Part shown: positions 44,518 through 55,100 of the stretch, one piece after another
Layout: the number at the start of each line of letters is the position of its first letter
Numbering within the stretch: the first letter of the stretch is position 1
Source: Auanema rhodensis
Taxonomy: Eukaryota > Animalia > Nematoda
Length of the DNA stretch: 64,000 bases
Reading direction: 5' to 3'
Assembly: GCA_964057225.1 (NCBI GenBank)
Contig: OZ059895.1
Location: 19,344,001 to 19,408,000, forward strand
The notes under the pieces: model-generated
Database searches by the model: none
Told to the model about the DNA's origin: nothing
Seen by the model: only the letters and a program-made list of their open reading frames with translations
Translations under genes and position numbers: made by a program

Positions 44518-44756
44518 GACGTTCTCCGGTGGCTCTCCTTGGATTTGTTGTTTTCTGTGGTAGCTGTGGACTTATTCCTTGAGGTACGCTCTCTTATTTT
44601 ATTATTTATTTATTTTTAATTTCTTTTCTTTCCTTCTATATTTTTATTGCTTATTATCTCTTTTCTTTTCACCTTCTTTTCCTTTTCTTCTTGTTTTTTT
44701 TTCCTTTTCTTTTCTTTCCTCATCTGCTTCTTTTCTGTTCTTCTTTTCCAATTTTT

Positions 44757-45821
44757 ATGTCTCTCACTCCTGATTGCACCGTCAGTTACAAAGATTTCGA
44801 ATCGCTTGCCACGTCCATAAAAACCTCTCTAGCTGATTGCACTTCTGAACTCAAAAGCCTTGTTTCTACTCTTCATGCTACTGTTTTGTCCAATTCGGCG
44901 CGCATTTCGGAACTGGAGGCTCAAATATCCAAACTTAGCAAGACGGCTTCTAGCCCACTTACTTCCCAACAAGTTATGGCTAGTATTGTAGACACTGATC
45001 ATCAGAAAATTAAATTTTCTGATCGTGCCAACCGTCTTCTGTGGTTCAATGTCCCTATTAATTTGTCTGATCTCAATTCTGATCCTTTCACCTTAGTTAG
45101 AGACATAATCAATCTTTCTAGGGACCCTATTATTTGTCCCTCGTTTAGCTCTCCAGTTTTCACCGTCTCACGCTTCAGTTCCAAATCCGATCGACCTGGT
45201 CCTATTGCAATAACATGTCCCAATCAGGAAACTCGTGATTTGTGTATTCACATTCTTCGTAACTATAAAACTCAGCACAATGCTGCTCTCAAGAGTACTT
45301 TTGTGAGGCGTGACTATTTTCCGTTCGAGATCGATCTCGAGCGCAAATTGCGAGAGGAATGCAGAAACCGTAATGTCTCTGATCCCGTTCATTTTTATAT
45401 TGTTCGTGATTTACGTGTTGTTGCTGTTAAAAAACGAGTGCTTCCTAGTTCTATCGTTTCTGTTTCTCCGGCATGCATTTCTTCATCCCCTATTCCCATC
45501 AACCCTACTGGCACTACTTCTGCTGACTACACAGCTGTTACAACTGTTTCGGAACTCTTACCTAGCATATCCAAAAACTCCAATGCTGCACCGGCTTCAA
45601 AATCTAGTCGCAAGTCTCTTAGAACAGTCAGATCCAGCAGCTCTATTCCATCTCCTTCGAGAAGAAAAGTTCGCCCTATTCGTTACTCACTTCGCCCTAC
45701 ACCTTCCTCTCGAGTAAAAAATGCTGTAATAATACAACCTGCACCTCCTAGCGTACAGGGCGATACTTCTTCTGGTTCTTCTGTCTCACCCAATTGTCTT
45801 TCTTCATTTCGCAAGTCATAG
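44757..45821 (+). CDS. LINE ORF1 protein (354 aa from the first ATG): N-terminal coiled coil, L1-ORF1-like RRM/CTD region, Ser/Pro/Arg-rich disordered tail
   Basis: The ORF track starts at TTG 44691 inside the pyrimidine-rich UTR; the first ATG is at 44757 (MSLTPD). It has the heptad-like LKSLVSTLHATVLSNSARISELEAQISKL, followed by RANRLLWFNVP, RPGPIAITC and TFVRRDYFPFEIDLERKLREEC, which resemble conserved blocks of CR1/L2 ORF1 proteins. It lies directly upstream of the RT ORF. Confidence 0.85.
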   Translation: MSLTPDCTVSYKDFESLATSIKTSLADCTSELKSLVSTLHATVLSNSARISELEAQISKLSKTASSPLTSQQVMASIVDTDHQKIKFSDRANRLLWFNVPINLSDLNSDPFTLVRDIINLSRDPIICPSFSSPVFTVSRFSSKSDRPGPIAITCPNQETRDLCIHILRNYKTQHNAALKSTFVRRDYFPFEIDLERKLREECRNRNVSDPVHFYIVRDLRVVAVKKRVLPSSIVSVSPACISSSPIPINPTGTTSADYTAVTTVSELLPSISKNSNAAPASKSSRKSLRTVRSSSSIPSPSRRKVRPIRYSLRPTPSSRVKNAVIIQPAPPSVQGDTSSGSSVSPNCLSSFRKS

Positions 45822-48654
45822 TTCAATTACTAGCTCTTCTTCCATCACTATATATCTTTGTAATTCTCGCTCTATTCTCAACAAGTTTTCTCATTTTGAT
45901 TTAATTTCACAAAAATATGACCCTGATGTTTTATGTTTCACTGAAAGTTGGCTTACTCCTGACGTTTGTAGTTCTAATTTACCTCTTTCTGCTTCGTATT
46001 GTTTGATGCGCTGTGATCGCAATAACAATAGGAGAGGTGGAGGTGTTCTAGTCATGGTTAAAAAACATATCTCAGTCTGTAATTTTAGTTCAGTCTCTTT
46101 TGGTGACTTCCTCCAGTTGGTTACATTTTCTATCGTTTCCCATTCCATAAGTCTTTCTATATGTTATCGGGCTCCTCGTTGTTCTAATAGTTCTTTCAAT
46201 TCCTTTCTTCATCATTATTCATCTATTCTTAACACCAGAGAAAAAAACGTGCTTGTTGGGGATTTTAATTTTCCCGGTATCAACTGGAAGAATTACTCTT
46301 TAACTAAATCGTCTCTTCAAGCCAAATGTTTCTTAGAGTTTATTACTTCTTTTTGTTTTACTCAACTAGTTACTTTTCCGACACGCGGTAAGTATACTTT
46401 AGATTGTGTGCTTGCGGATACCCCTAGTATGGCCTCAGTTATCGAATGCGTTCCTCCTTTTGGGACTTCTGACCACAAATCTTTACTTTTTTCTCTCTCT
46501 CGTGATATATTAGATTGCATAAACAGTCCCTCCCGCCCAAAACTTTCTTTGGCATCTTCTTGTACTGTTTTTTCTGCTGATCATCCAAAGTCGCTTCTCC
46601 ATAGAAACTTCCATAAAGCCAACTACAATAAAATTAATTCTTTTATTTCATCCATTAATCTGGTTCAAAGCTTTTCTCACTTAGATCTTTGTGCCGCCTA
46701 TGAATCATTTGTCTGTTCTCTTAGAGAAATCATTTATACTCATGTTCCCATCATCAGACCTGGTGGAAAAAAAGTTCGCCTTGCTCGTTCAATATCTATT
46801 CTACATGATAATCTCACCAGGTTGTCTAAATGTTTCGGCCTTTCATCGTCGTCTAAATGTCGTACTCTTTCTCGTCGTTTGAATGCTTTACTCAGACGTC
46901 AGCGCGCACTGGATGAAAATAAAATATCTCTTTCCGGTAACCAAAAAGAATTTTACAAATTTTGTCGTAAACGTTTAGGGGGTACTATTGAAGCATCTTT
47001 TTTAAAAAATGGTGACTCTCAAGCTTCGGACTCCTCCACCAAAGCAAAAATTTTTTCGGATCACTTTTCTCAGACCTCTTTTCTTTCTTCTTCTGGAATA
47101 TGGCATCACAGTGAAACTCCTAAATTTTCTCCGCTCCAATTTCGCCCGCATTTCATTGATGAACTCTGCGTTTTCAAACTTTTAAGATCTTTACCTTCTC
47201 GAACTTGCTTATCTCCTGATGGCATACCTTATATTTTTCTTAATAAGTGTGCGATTTCTATAGTACGTCCTTTGACATTCTTTTTTAATGGTTTTTTATC
47301 CTTTGGGGTCTGTCCTAAAAGCTGGAAGTCTGCATGGGTCAAACCTATTTACAAATCAGGATGTTCAAATGACCCTAAGAACTATAGACCCATTTCTCTC
47401 ACATCTTGTCTCTCCAAAGTGTTTGAGCGCATTATCAGAAAAGACATTCTCAAGCATTTACTTGATAATAAGCTAATTTCACCATCTCAACATGGATTTT
47501 TACCTGGGCGTAGCACTAGCACTGCGCTTCTCAAAGCTCACTCGCAGTTGAGAATCGCCAAAGAATATCGTAAGGATGTTTCTGTAGCTTTTATTGATTT
47601 TTCCAAAGCTTTTGATAAAATTAATCATCGAATTCTGATCAGCAAATTAAACAGTTTTGGAATATCAGGATCTCTTGCTCTTTTTCTTGAAGACTTTCTT
47701 TCCAACCGTTCTTTTGAAGTTGTTCTTGAAGATGCCTTGTCTGAACCCAAAGTTATTGAGTGTGGTGTCCCTCAAGGTACAGTTCTTGGACCACTACTTT
47801 TTTTGCTATATATCAACGATCTCATTTCCTCTTTTCATCGTGGCACTGAGGCTGTTGCCTATGCTGATGACATTAAACTTTTTGCCTCATCAAATCAAAG
47901 TTTACAATGCTCTCTCCACATTCTTTCTCTCTGGTGCAATTTCAATGACATGGTAGTTAATGTCAAGAAATCGAAGATTATGATTCTCGGTAATGATAAC
48001 TCTCATTGCCAGTTTTTACTCAATGATGTTCCTCTTGAAATTGTTGATAATTTCAAAGACCTCGGTGTTATCATAGATAAAAACTTATCTTTCCGCCCCC
48101 ATATTCACTCCATCACTTCCATGGCGTCAAAACGCTGTAAGCTTATTCTTAGATGTTTTAATTCTTCCTGTCCCAAACTCTTATTCAGATTGTTCACCTG
48201 TTACGTTAGGCCTATTCTTGAATATGCTTCCGAAGTCTGGTCACCGTTTTTGCTAAAAGATATTCAACTTGTTGAAAATGTTCAGAAACGGTATGTTAAT
48301 GCTATTTTTTTTCGATCGTCCATGGATATCCACGGATATGATAATAAACTCAAACACCTTCAAGGCAGGCGTTTAGAAACGAGACGCACTATAGCTGACT
48401 TATGTCAATATTTCAAAATCATAAAGAATGGCTCTATTCTTAATGAGTCCGTGCTTAGATCGAAAGAGCATAACTATATTCTTCGTCAACATGAGTTTAT
48501 ACTGATGCCGCCGGATTACAAAACTGTAGCTGCCCTTTCAAGCTTTGAGAACCGGCAAATCAAAATCTGGAATTCACTCAATCCTATTCTAATTGGTATC
48601 AATGATTTGTCTGTTTTTCGGAAAGCCTTGAACACATTTATGTTCCCTGTTTAG
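45733..48654 (+). CDS. LINE ORF2 protein: AP-like endonuclease plus reverse transcriptase (true start uncertain; frame open from 45733)
   Basis: Manual translation upstream of the track's start (46003) gives APE motifs IYLCNSRSILNK (~45850) and DPDVLCFTESWL (~45919). These are followed by DR..RRGGGVL, CYRAP, GDFN, PTR...LD and SDH. RT motifs: NYRPISLTS, QHGF, FIDFSKAFD, GVPQGTVLGPLLF, YADD (47860-47871), KDLGV. Stop TAG at 48652-48654. Confidence 0.95.
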   Translation, partial: YNLHLLAYRAILLLVLLSHPIVFLHFASHSSITSSSSITIYLCNSRSILNKFSHFDLISQKYDPDVLCFTESWLTPDVCSSNLPLSASYCLMRCDRNNNRRGGGVLVMVKKHISVCNFSSVSFGDFLQLVTFSIVSHSISLSICYRAPRCSNSSFNSFLHHYSSILNTREKNVLVGDFNFPGINWKNYSLTKSSLQAKCFLEFITSFCFTQLVTFPTRGKYTLDCVLADTPSMASVIECVPPFGTSDHKSLLFSLSRDILDCINSPSRPKLSLASSCTVFSADHPKSLLHRNFHKANYNKINSFISSINLVQSFSHLDLCAAYESFVCSLREIIYTHVPIIRPGGKKVRLARSISILHDNLTRLSKCFGLSSSSKCRTLSRRLNALLRRQRALDENKISLSGNQKEFYKFCRKRLGGTIEASFLKNGDSQASDSSTKAKIFSDHFSQTSFLSSSGIWHHSETPKFSPLQFRPHFIDELCVFKLLRSLPSRTCLSPDGIPYIFLNKCAISIVRPLTFFFNGFLSFGVCPKSWKSAWVKPIYKSGCSNDPKNYRPISLTSCLSKVFERIIRKDILKHLLDNKLISPSQHGFLPGRSTSTALLKAHSQLRIAKEYRKDVSVAFIDFSKAFDKINHRILISKLNSFGISGSLALFLEDFLSNRSFEVVLEDALSEPKVIECGVPQGTVLGPLLFLLYINDLISSFHRGTEAVAYADDIKLFASSNQSLQCSLHILSLWCNFNDMVVNVKKSKIMILGNDNSHCQFLLNDVPLEIVDNFKDLGVIIDKNLSFRPHIHSITSMASKRCKLILRCFNSSCPKLLFRLFTCYVRPILEYASEVWSPFLLKDIQLVENVQKRYVNAIFFRSSMDIHGYDNKLKHLQGRRLETRRTIADLCQYFKIIKNGSILNESVLRSKEHNYILRQHEFILMPPDYKTVAALSSFENRQIKIWNSLNPILIGINDLSVFRKALNTFMFPV

Positions 48655-48949
48655 TTTTTTCTTATTTTGTCTTTGTAGAAAAATTAGCTTGTTTTTCTTT
48701 CTTTTTCTCCATAAGCTCATTGATTATTTATATAATTTGTTCATCATATTTTGTCAATTTCTTGTTAATGACCTATTGGTTCACATACATTTTCCTGCAT
48801 TTTTATTTTACAGACATTAGTCGTACGAATGAAATGCAGTTACTACACTGTGCTCAGAACGGGCTTGACTCTCTTTTGAGTTCCACCGCACCTGCCCACA
48901 ATCAGAGTAGTTCGCTATGATAAGATCTAAGAGAAGCGTATATAGATGA

Positions 48950-48969
48950 ATATATATATATACATATAT
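48950..48969. repeat. Short imperfect (AT)n microsatellite in the LINE 3' UTR
   Basis: atatatatatatacatatat. Confidence 0.7.
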
Positions 48970-49109
48970 GTGTGTTTATAGCTGGTATGGTCACTTCCAC
49001 TGCCCTTTTCATTTCTCAGTCTTTTCTTTTTTTTAATTATCCACTGTAAGGTTACATTAAGCATTTCACATGTTGTTGATTCATTTATGTCATAACCTGT
49101 GGTGAGATC

Positions 49110-49144
49110 AATAAACAAACAAACAAACAAACAAACAAACAAAC
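49110..49144 (+). repeat. LINE 3' end: AATAAA running into an (AAAC)8 microsatellite tail
   Basis: AATAAA at 49110-49115 and AAAC x8 at 49113-49144. Short-repeat tails are typical of CR1/L2 elements. Confidence 0.95.
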
Positions 49145-49147
49145 GTG
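49143..49147 (+). other. Right copy of target-site duplication (ACGTG; the AC is shared with the last AAAC)
   Basis: Matches 44340-44344. The 2-nt overlap with the tail makes the TSD length 3-5 bp. Confidence 0.85.
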
Positions 49148-52100
49148 TACACTTAATTAGCATAAATTAAAGTTCACGTAAATTTCAAAGTCATGGTTAA
49201 CATGCACCAATATCGATAAAAATTTGTTTTAAGACTAATATGGACATGAGAAATCTAATTTTGAAAACCGCATCTCTTCATCTTTCACGTGAAGCGAGTT
49301 ACATACCAAGTGCACATCACGTGTACATTTAATTAGCATAAATTAAAGTTCACGTAAATTTCAAAGTCATGGTTACCATGCACCAATATCAATAAAAACT
49401 TGTTTTTAAACTAATATGGACATGGGGAATCTAATTTTGAAAACCACATCTCTTTATCTTTCACGTGAAGCGAGTTACATACCAAGTGCACATCACGTGT
49501 ACATTTAATTAGCATAAATTAAAATTCACGTAAATTTCAAAGTCATGGTTAACATGCACCAATATCAATAAAAATTTGTTTTAAGACTAATATGGACATG
49601 AGAAATCTAATATTGGAAACCGCATCTCTTCATCTTTCACGTGAAGCGAGTTACATATCAAGTGCACATCACGTGTACACTTAATTAGCATAAATTAAAG
49701 TTCACGTAAATTTCAAAGTCATGGTTAACATGCACCAATATCAATAAAAATTTGTTTTAAGACTAATATGGACATGAGAAATCTAATATTGGAAACCGCA
49801 TCTCTTCATCTTTCACGTGAAGCGAGTTACATATCAAGTGCACATCACGTGTACACTTAATTAGCATAAATTAAAGTTCACGTAAATTTCAAAGTCATGG
49901 TTAACATGCACCAATATCAATAAAAATTTGTTTTAAGACTAATATGGACATGAGAAATCTAATATTGGAAACCGCATCTCTTCATCTTTCACGTGAAGCG
50001 AGTTACATATCAAGTGCACATCACGTGTACACTTAATTAGCAAAAATTAAAGTTCACGTAAATTTCAAAGTCATGGTTAACATGCACCAATATCAATAAA
50101 AATTTGTTTTTAGACTAATATGGACATGGGGAATCTAATTTTGAAAACCACATCTCTTTATCTTTCACGTGAAGCGAGTTACATACCAAGTGCACATCAC
50201 GTGTACATTTAATTAGCATAAATTAAAGTTCACGTAAATTTCAAAGTCATGGTTAACATGCACCAATATCAATAAAAATTTGTTTTTAGACTAATATGGA
50301 CATGGGGAATCTAATTTTGAAAACAGCATCTCTTTCTCTTTGACGTGAAGCGAGTTACATACCAAGTGCACATCACGTGTACACTTAATTAGCATAAATT
50401 AAAGTTCACGTAAATTTCAAAGTCATGGTTACCATGCACCAATATCAATAAAAATTTGTTTTTAGACTAACATGGACATGGGGAATCTAATTTTGAAAAC
50501 AGCATCTCTTTCTCTTTCACGTGAAGCGAGTTACATACCAAGTGCACATCATGTGTACACTTAATTAGCATAAATTAAAGTTCACGTAAATTTTAAAGTC
50601 ATGGTTACCATGCACCAATACCAATACTAATTTGTTTTTAGACTAATATGGACATGGGGAATCTAATTTTGAAAACCGCATCTCTTCATCTTTCACGTGA
50701 AGCAAGTTACATACCAAGTGCACATCACGTGTACATTTAATTAGCATAAATTAAAGTTCACGTAAATATCAAAGTCATGGTTACCATGCACCAATATCGA
50801 TAAAAATTTGTTTTAAGACTAATATGGACATGGGGAATCTAATTTTGAAAACCACATCTCTTTATCTTTCACGTGAAGCGAGTTACATACCAAGTGCACA
50901 TCACGTGTACATTTAATTAGCATAAATTAAAGTTCACGTAAATTTCAAAGTCATGGTTAACATGCACCAATATCAATAAAAATTTGTTTTTAGACTAATA
51001 TGGACATGAGAAATCTAATATTGGAAACCGCATCTCTTCATCTTTCACGTGAAGCGAGTTACATATCAAGTGCACATCACGTGTACACTTAATTAGCATA
51101 AATTAAAGTTCACGTAAATTTCAAAGTCATGGTTAACATGCACCAATATCAATAAAAATTTGTTTTAAGACTAATATGGACATGAGAAATCTAATATTGG
51201 AAACCGCATCTCTTCATCTTTCACGTGAAGCGAGTTACATATCAAGTGCACATCACGTGTACACTTAATTAGCAAAAATTAAAGTTCACGTAAATTTCAA
51301 AGTCATGGTTAACATGCACCAATATCAATAAAAATTTGTTTTTAGACTAATATGGACATGGGGAATCTAATTTTGAAAACCACATCTCTTTATCTTTCAC
51401 GTGAAGCGAGTTACATACCAAGTGCACATCACGTGTACATTTAATTAGCATAAATTAAAGTTCACGTAAATTTCAAAGTCATGGTTAACATGCACCAATA
51501 TCAATAAAAATTTGTTTTTAGACTAATATGGACATGGGGAATCTAATTTTGAAAACAGCATCTCTTTCTCTTTGACGTGAAGCGAGTTACATACCAAGTG
51601 CACATCACGTGTACACTTAATTAGCATAAATTAAAGTTCACGTAAATTTCAAAGTCATGGTTACCATGCACCAATATCAATAAAAATTTGTTTTTAGACT
51701 AACATGGACATGGGGAATCTAATTTTGAAAACAGCATCTCTTTCTCTTTCACGTGAAGCGAGTTACATACCAAGTGCACATCATGTGTACACTTAATTAG
51801 CATAAATTAAAGTTCACGTAAATTTTAAAGTCATGGTTACCATGCACCAATACCAATACTAATTTGTTTTTAGACTAATATCGACATGGGGAATCTAATT
51901 TTGAAAACCGCATCTCTTCATCTTTCACGTGAAGCAAGTTACATACCAAGTGCACATCACGTGTACATTTAATTAGCATAAATTAAAGTTCACGTAAATA
52001 TCAAAGTCATGGTTACCATGCACCAATATCGATAAAAATTTGTTTTAAGACTAATATGGACATGAGAAATCTAATTTTGAAAACCGCATCTCTTCATCTT

Positions 52101-55100
52101 TCACGTGAAGCGAGTTACATACCAAGTGCACATCACGTGTACATTTAATTAGCATAAATTAAAGTTCACGTAAATTTCAAAGTCATGGTTACCATGCACC
52201 AATATCAATAAAAACTTGTTTTTAGACTAATATGGACATAGGGAATCTACATTTGAAAACCACATCTCTTTATCTTTCACGTGAAGCGAGTTACATACCA
52301 AGTGCACATCACGTGTACACTTAATTAGCATAAATTAAAGTTCACGTAAATTTCAAAGTCATGGTTACCATGCACCAATATCAATAAAAATTTGTTTTTA
52401 GACTAACATGGACATGGGGAATCTAATTTTGAAAACAGCATCTCTTTCTCTTTGACGTGAAGCGAGTTACATACCAAGTGCACATCACGTGTACATTTAA
52501 TTAGCATAAATTAAAATTCACGTAAATTTCAAAGTAATGGTTACCATGCACCAATATCAATAAAAATTTGTTTTAAGACTAATATGGACATGAGAAATCT
52601 AATATTGGAAACCGCATCTCTTCATCTTTCACGTGAAGCGAGTTACATATCAAGTGCACATCACGTGTACACTTAATTAGCATAAATTAAAGTTCACGTA
52701 AATTTCAAAGTCATGGTTAACATGCACCAATATCAATAAAAATTTGTTTTAAGACTAATATGGACATGAGAAATCTAATATTGGAAACCGCATCTCTTCA
52801 TCTTTCACGTGAAGCGAGTTACATATCAAGTGCACATCACGTGTACACTTAATTAGCATAAATTAAAGTTCACGTAAATTTCAAAGTCATGGTTAACATG
52901 CACCAATATCAATAAAAATTTGTTTTAAGACTAATATGGACATGAGAAATCTAATATTGGAAACCGCATCTCTTCATCTTTCACGTGAAGCGAGTTACAT
53001 ATCAAGTGCACATCACGTGTACACTTAATTAGCATAAATTAAAGTTCACGTAAATTTTAAAGTCATGGTTAACATGCACCAATATCAATAAAAATTTGGT
53101 TTTAGACTAATATGGACATGGGGAATCTAATTTTGAAAACCACATCTCTTTATCTTTCACGTGAAGCGAGTTACATACCAAGTGCACATCACGTGTACAT
53201 TTAATTAGCATAAATTAAAGTTCACGTAAATTTCAAAGTCATGGTTAACATGCACCAATATCAATAAAAATTTGTTTTTAGACTAATATGGACATGGGGA
53301 ATCTAATTTTGAAAACAGCATCTCTTTCTCTTTGACGTGAAGCGAGTTACATACCAAGTGCACATCACGTGTACACTTAATTAGCATAAATTAAAGTTTA
53401 CGTAAATTTCAAAGTCATGGTTACCATGCACCAATATCAATAAAAATTTGTTTTTAGACTAACATGGACATGGGGAATCTAATTTTGAAAACAGCATCTC
53501 TTTCTCTTTCACGTGAAGCGAGTTACATACCAAGTGCACATCATGTGTACACTTAATTAGCATAAATTAAAGTTCACGTAAATTTTAAAGTCATGGTTAT
53601 CATGCACCAATACCAATACTAATTTGTTTTTAGACTAATATGGACATGGGGAATCTAATTTTGAAAACCGCATCTCTTCATCTTTCACGTGAAGCAAGTT
53701 ACATACCAAGTGCACATCACGTGTACATTTAATTAGCATAAATTAAAGTTCACGTAAATATCAAAGTCATGGTTACCATGCACCAATATCGATAAAAATT
53801 TGTTTTAAGACTAATATGGACATGAGAAATCTAATTTTGAAAACCGCATCTCTTCATCTTTCACGTGAAGCGAGTTACATACCAAGTGCACATCACGTGT
53901 ACATTTAATTAGCATAAATTAAAGTTCACGTAAATTTCAAAGTCATGGTTACCATGCACCAATATCAATAAAAACTTGTTTTTAGACTAATATGGACATA
54001 GGGAATCTACATTTGAAAACCACATCTCTTTATCTTTCACGTGAAGCGAGTTACATACCAAGTGCACATCACGTGTACATTTAATTAGCATAAATTAAAG
54101 TTCACGTAAATTTCAAAGTAATGGTTACCATGCACCAATATCAATAAAAATTTGTTTTAAGACTAATATGGACATGAGAAATCTATTTTTGAAAACCGCA
54201 TCTCTTCATCTTTCACGTGAAGCAAGTTACATACCAAGTGCACATCACGTGTACATTTAATTAGCATAAATTAAAGTTCACGTAAATTTCAAAGTCATGG
54301 TTACCATGCACCAATATCAATAAAAATTTGTTTTTAGACTAATATGGACATGGGGAATCTATTTTTGAAAACCGCATCTCTTCATCTTTCACGTGAAGCG
54401 AGTTACATACCAAGTGCACATCACGTGTACACTTAATTAGCATAAATTAAAGTTCACGTAAATTTTAAAGTCATGGTTACCATGCACCAATACCAATACT
54501 AATTTGTTTTTAGACTAATATGGACATGGGGAATCTAATTTTGAAAACCGCATCTCTTCATCTTTCACGTGAAGCAAGTTACATACCAAGTGCACATCAC
54601 GTGTACATTTAATTAGCATAAATTAAAGTTCACGTAAATATCAAAGTCATGGTTACCATGCACCAATATCGATAAAAATTTGTTTTAAGACTAATATGGA
54701 CATGAGAAATCTAATTTTGAAAACCGCATCTCTTCATCTTTCACGTGAAGCGAGTTACATACCAAGTGCACATCACGTGTACATTTAATTAGCATAAATT
54801 AAAGTTCACGTAAATTTCAAAGTCATGGTTACCATGCACCAATATCAATAAAAACTTGTTTTTAGACTAATATGGACATAGGGAATCTACATTTGAAAAC
54901 CACATCTCTTTATCTTTCACGTGAAGCGAGTTACATACCAAGTGCACATCACGTGTACACTTAATTAGCATAAATTAAAGTTCACGTAAATTTCAAAGTC
55001 ATGGTTACCATGCACCAATATCAATAAAAATTTGTTTTTAGACTAACATGGACATGGGGAATCTAATTTTGAAAACAGCATCTCTTTCTCTTTGACGTGA

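Larger units (their letters stand above)
44345..49144 (+). mobile_element. Full-length non-LTR retrotransposon (LINE), CR1/L2-like, Jockey group, ~4.8 kb
   Basis: Two long uninterrupted ORFs (ORF1, then APE-RT ORF2), 5' and 3' UTRs, AATAAA plus an (AAAC)8 tail, a short TSD, and no LTRs. The ORF2 C-terminus has CR1-type motifs (VRPILEYASEVWSP; SFENRQIKIWNSL) and no recognisable RNase H domain or CCHC knuckle. Confidence 0.95.

Noticed and set aside
44518-44583. HDV-like self-cleaving ribozyme or canonical DPE in the 5' UTR
   Set aside because: I could not build the nested double pseudoknot by eye, and GACGT at 44518 is not at +28 to +32 from any candidate initiator.
44579-44773. 64-aa Phe/Leu-rich ORF and the 22-aa TTG-initiated extension of ORF1
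   Set aside because: Low-complexity pyrimidine tract of the 5' UTR; the hydrophobic look is compositional.
45002-47956. Short alternative-frame and antisense ORFs inside ORF1 and ORF2 (62-135 aa)
   Set aside because: Shadow ORFs with no recognisable motifs, expected in skewed coding DNA.
44345-49144. LTR element or DNA transposon (T-rich left end versus A-rich right end as terminal inverted repeats)
   Set aside because: No LTRs, integrase or transposase. Poly-T and (AAAC)n are not true inverted repeats.
48927-49163. 78-aa minus-strand ORF
   Set aside because: Starts in satellite and crosses the (GTTT)n tail; chance ORF.
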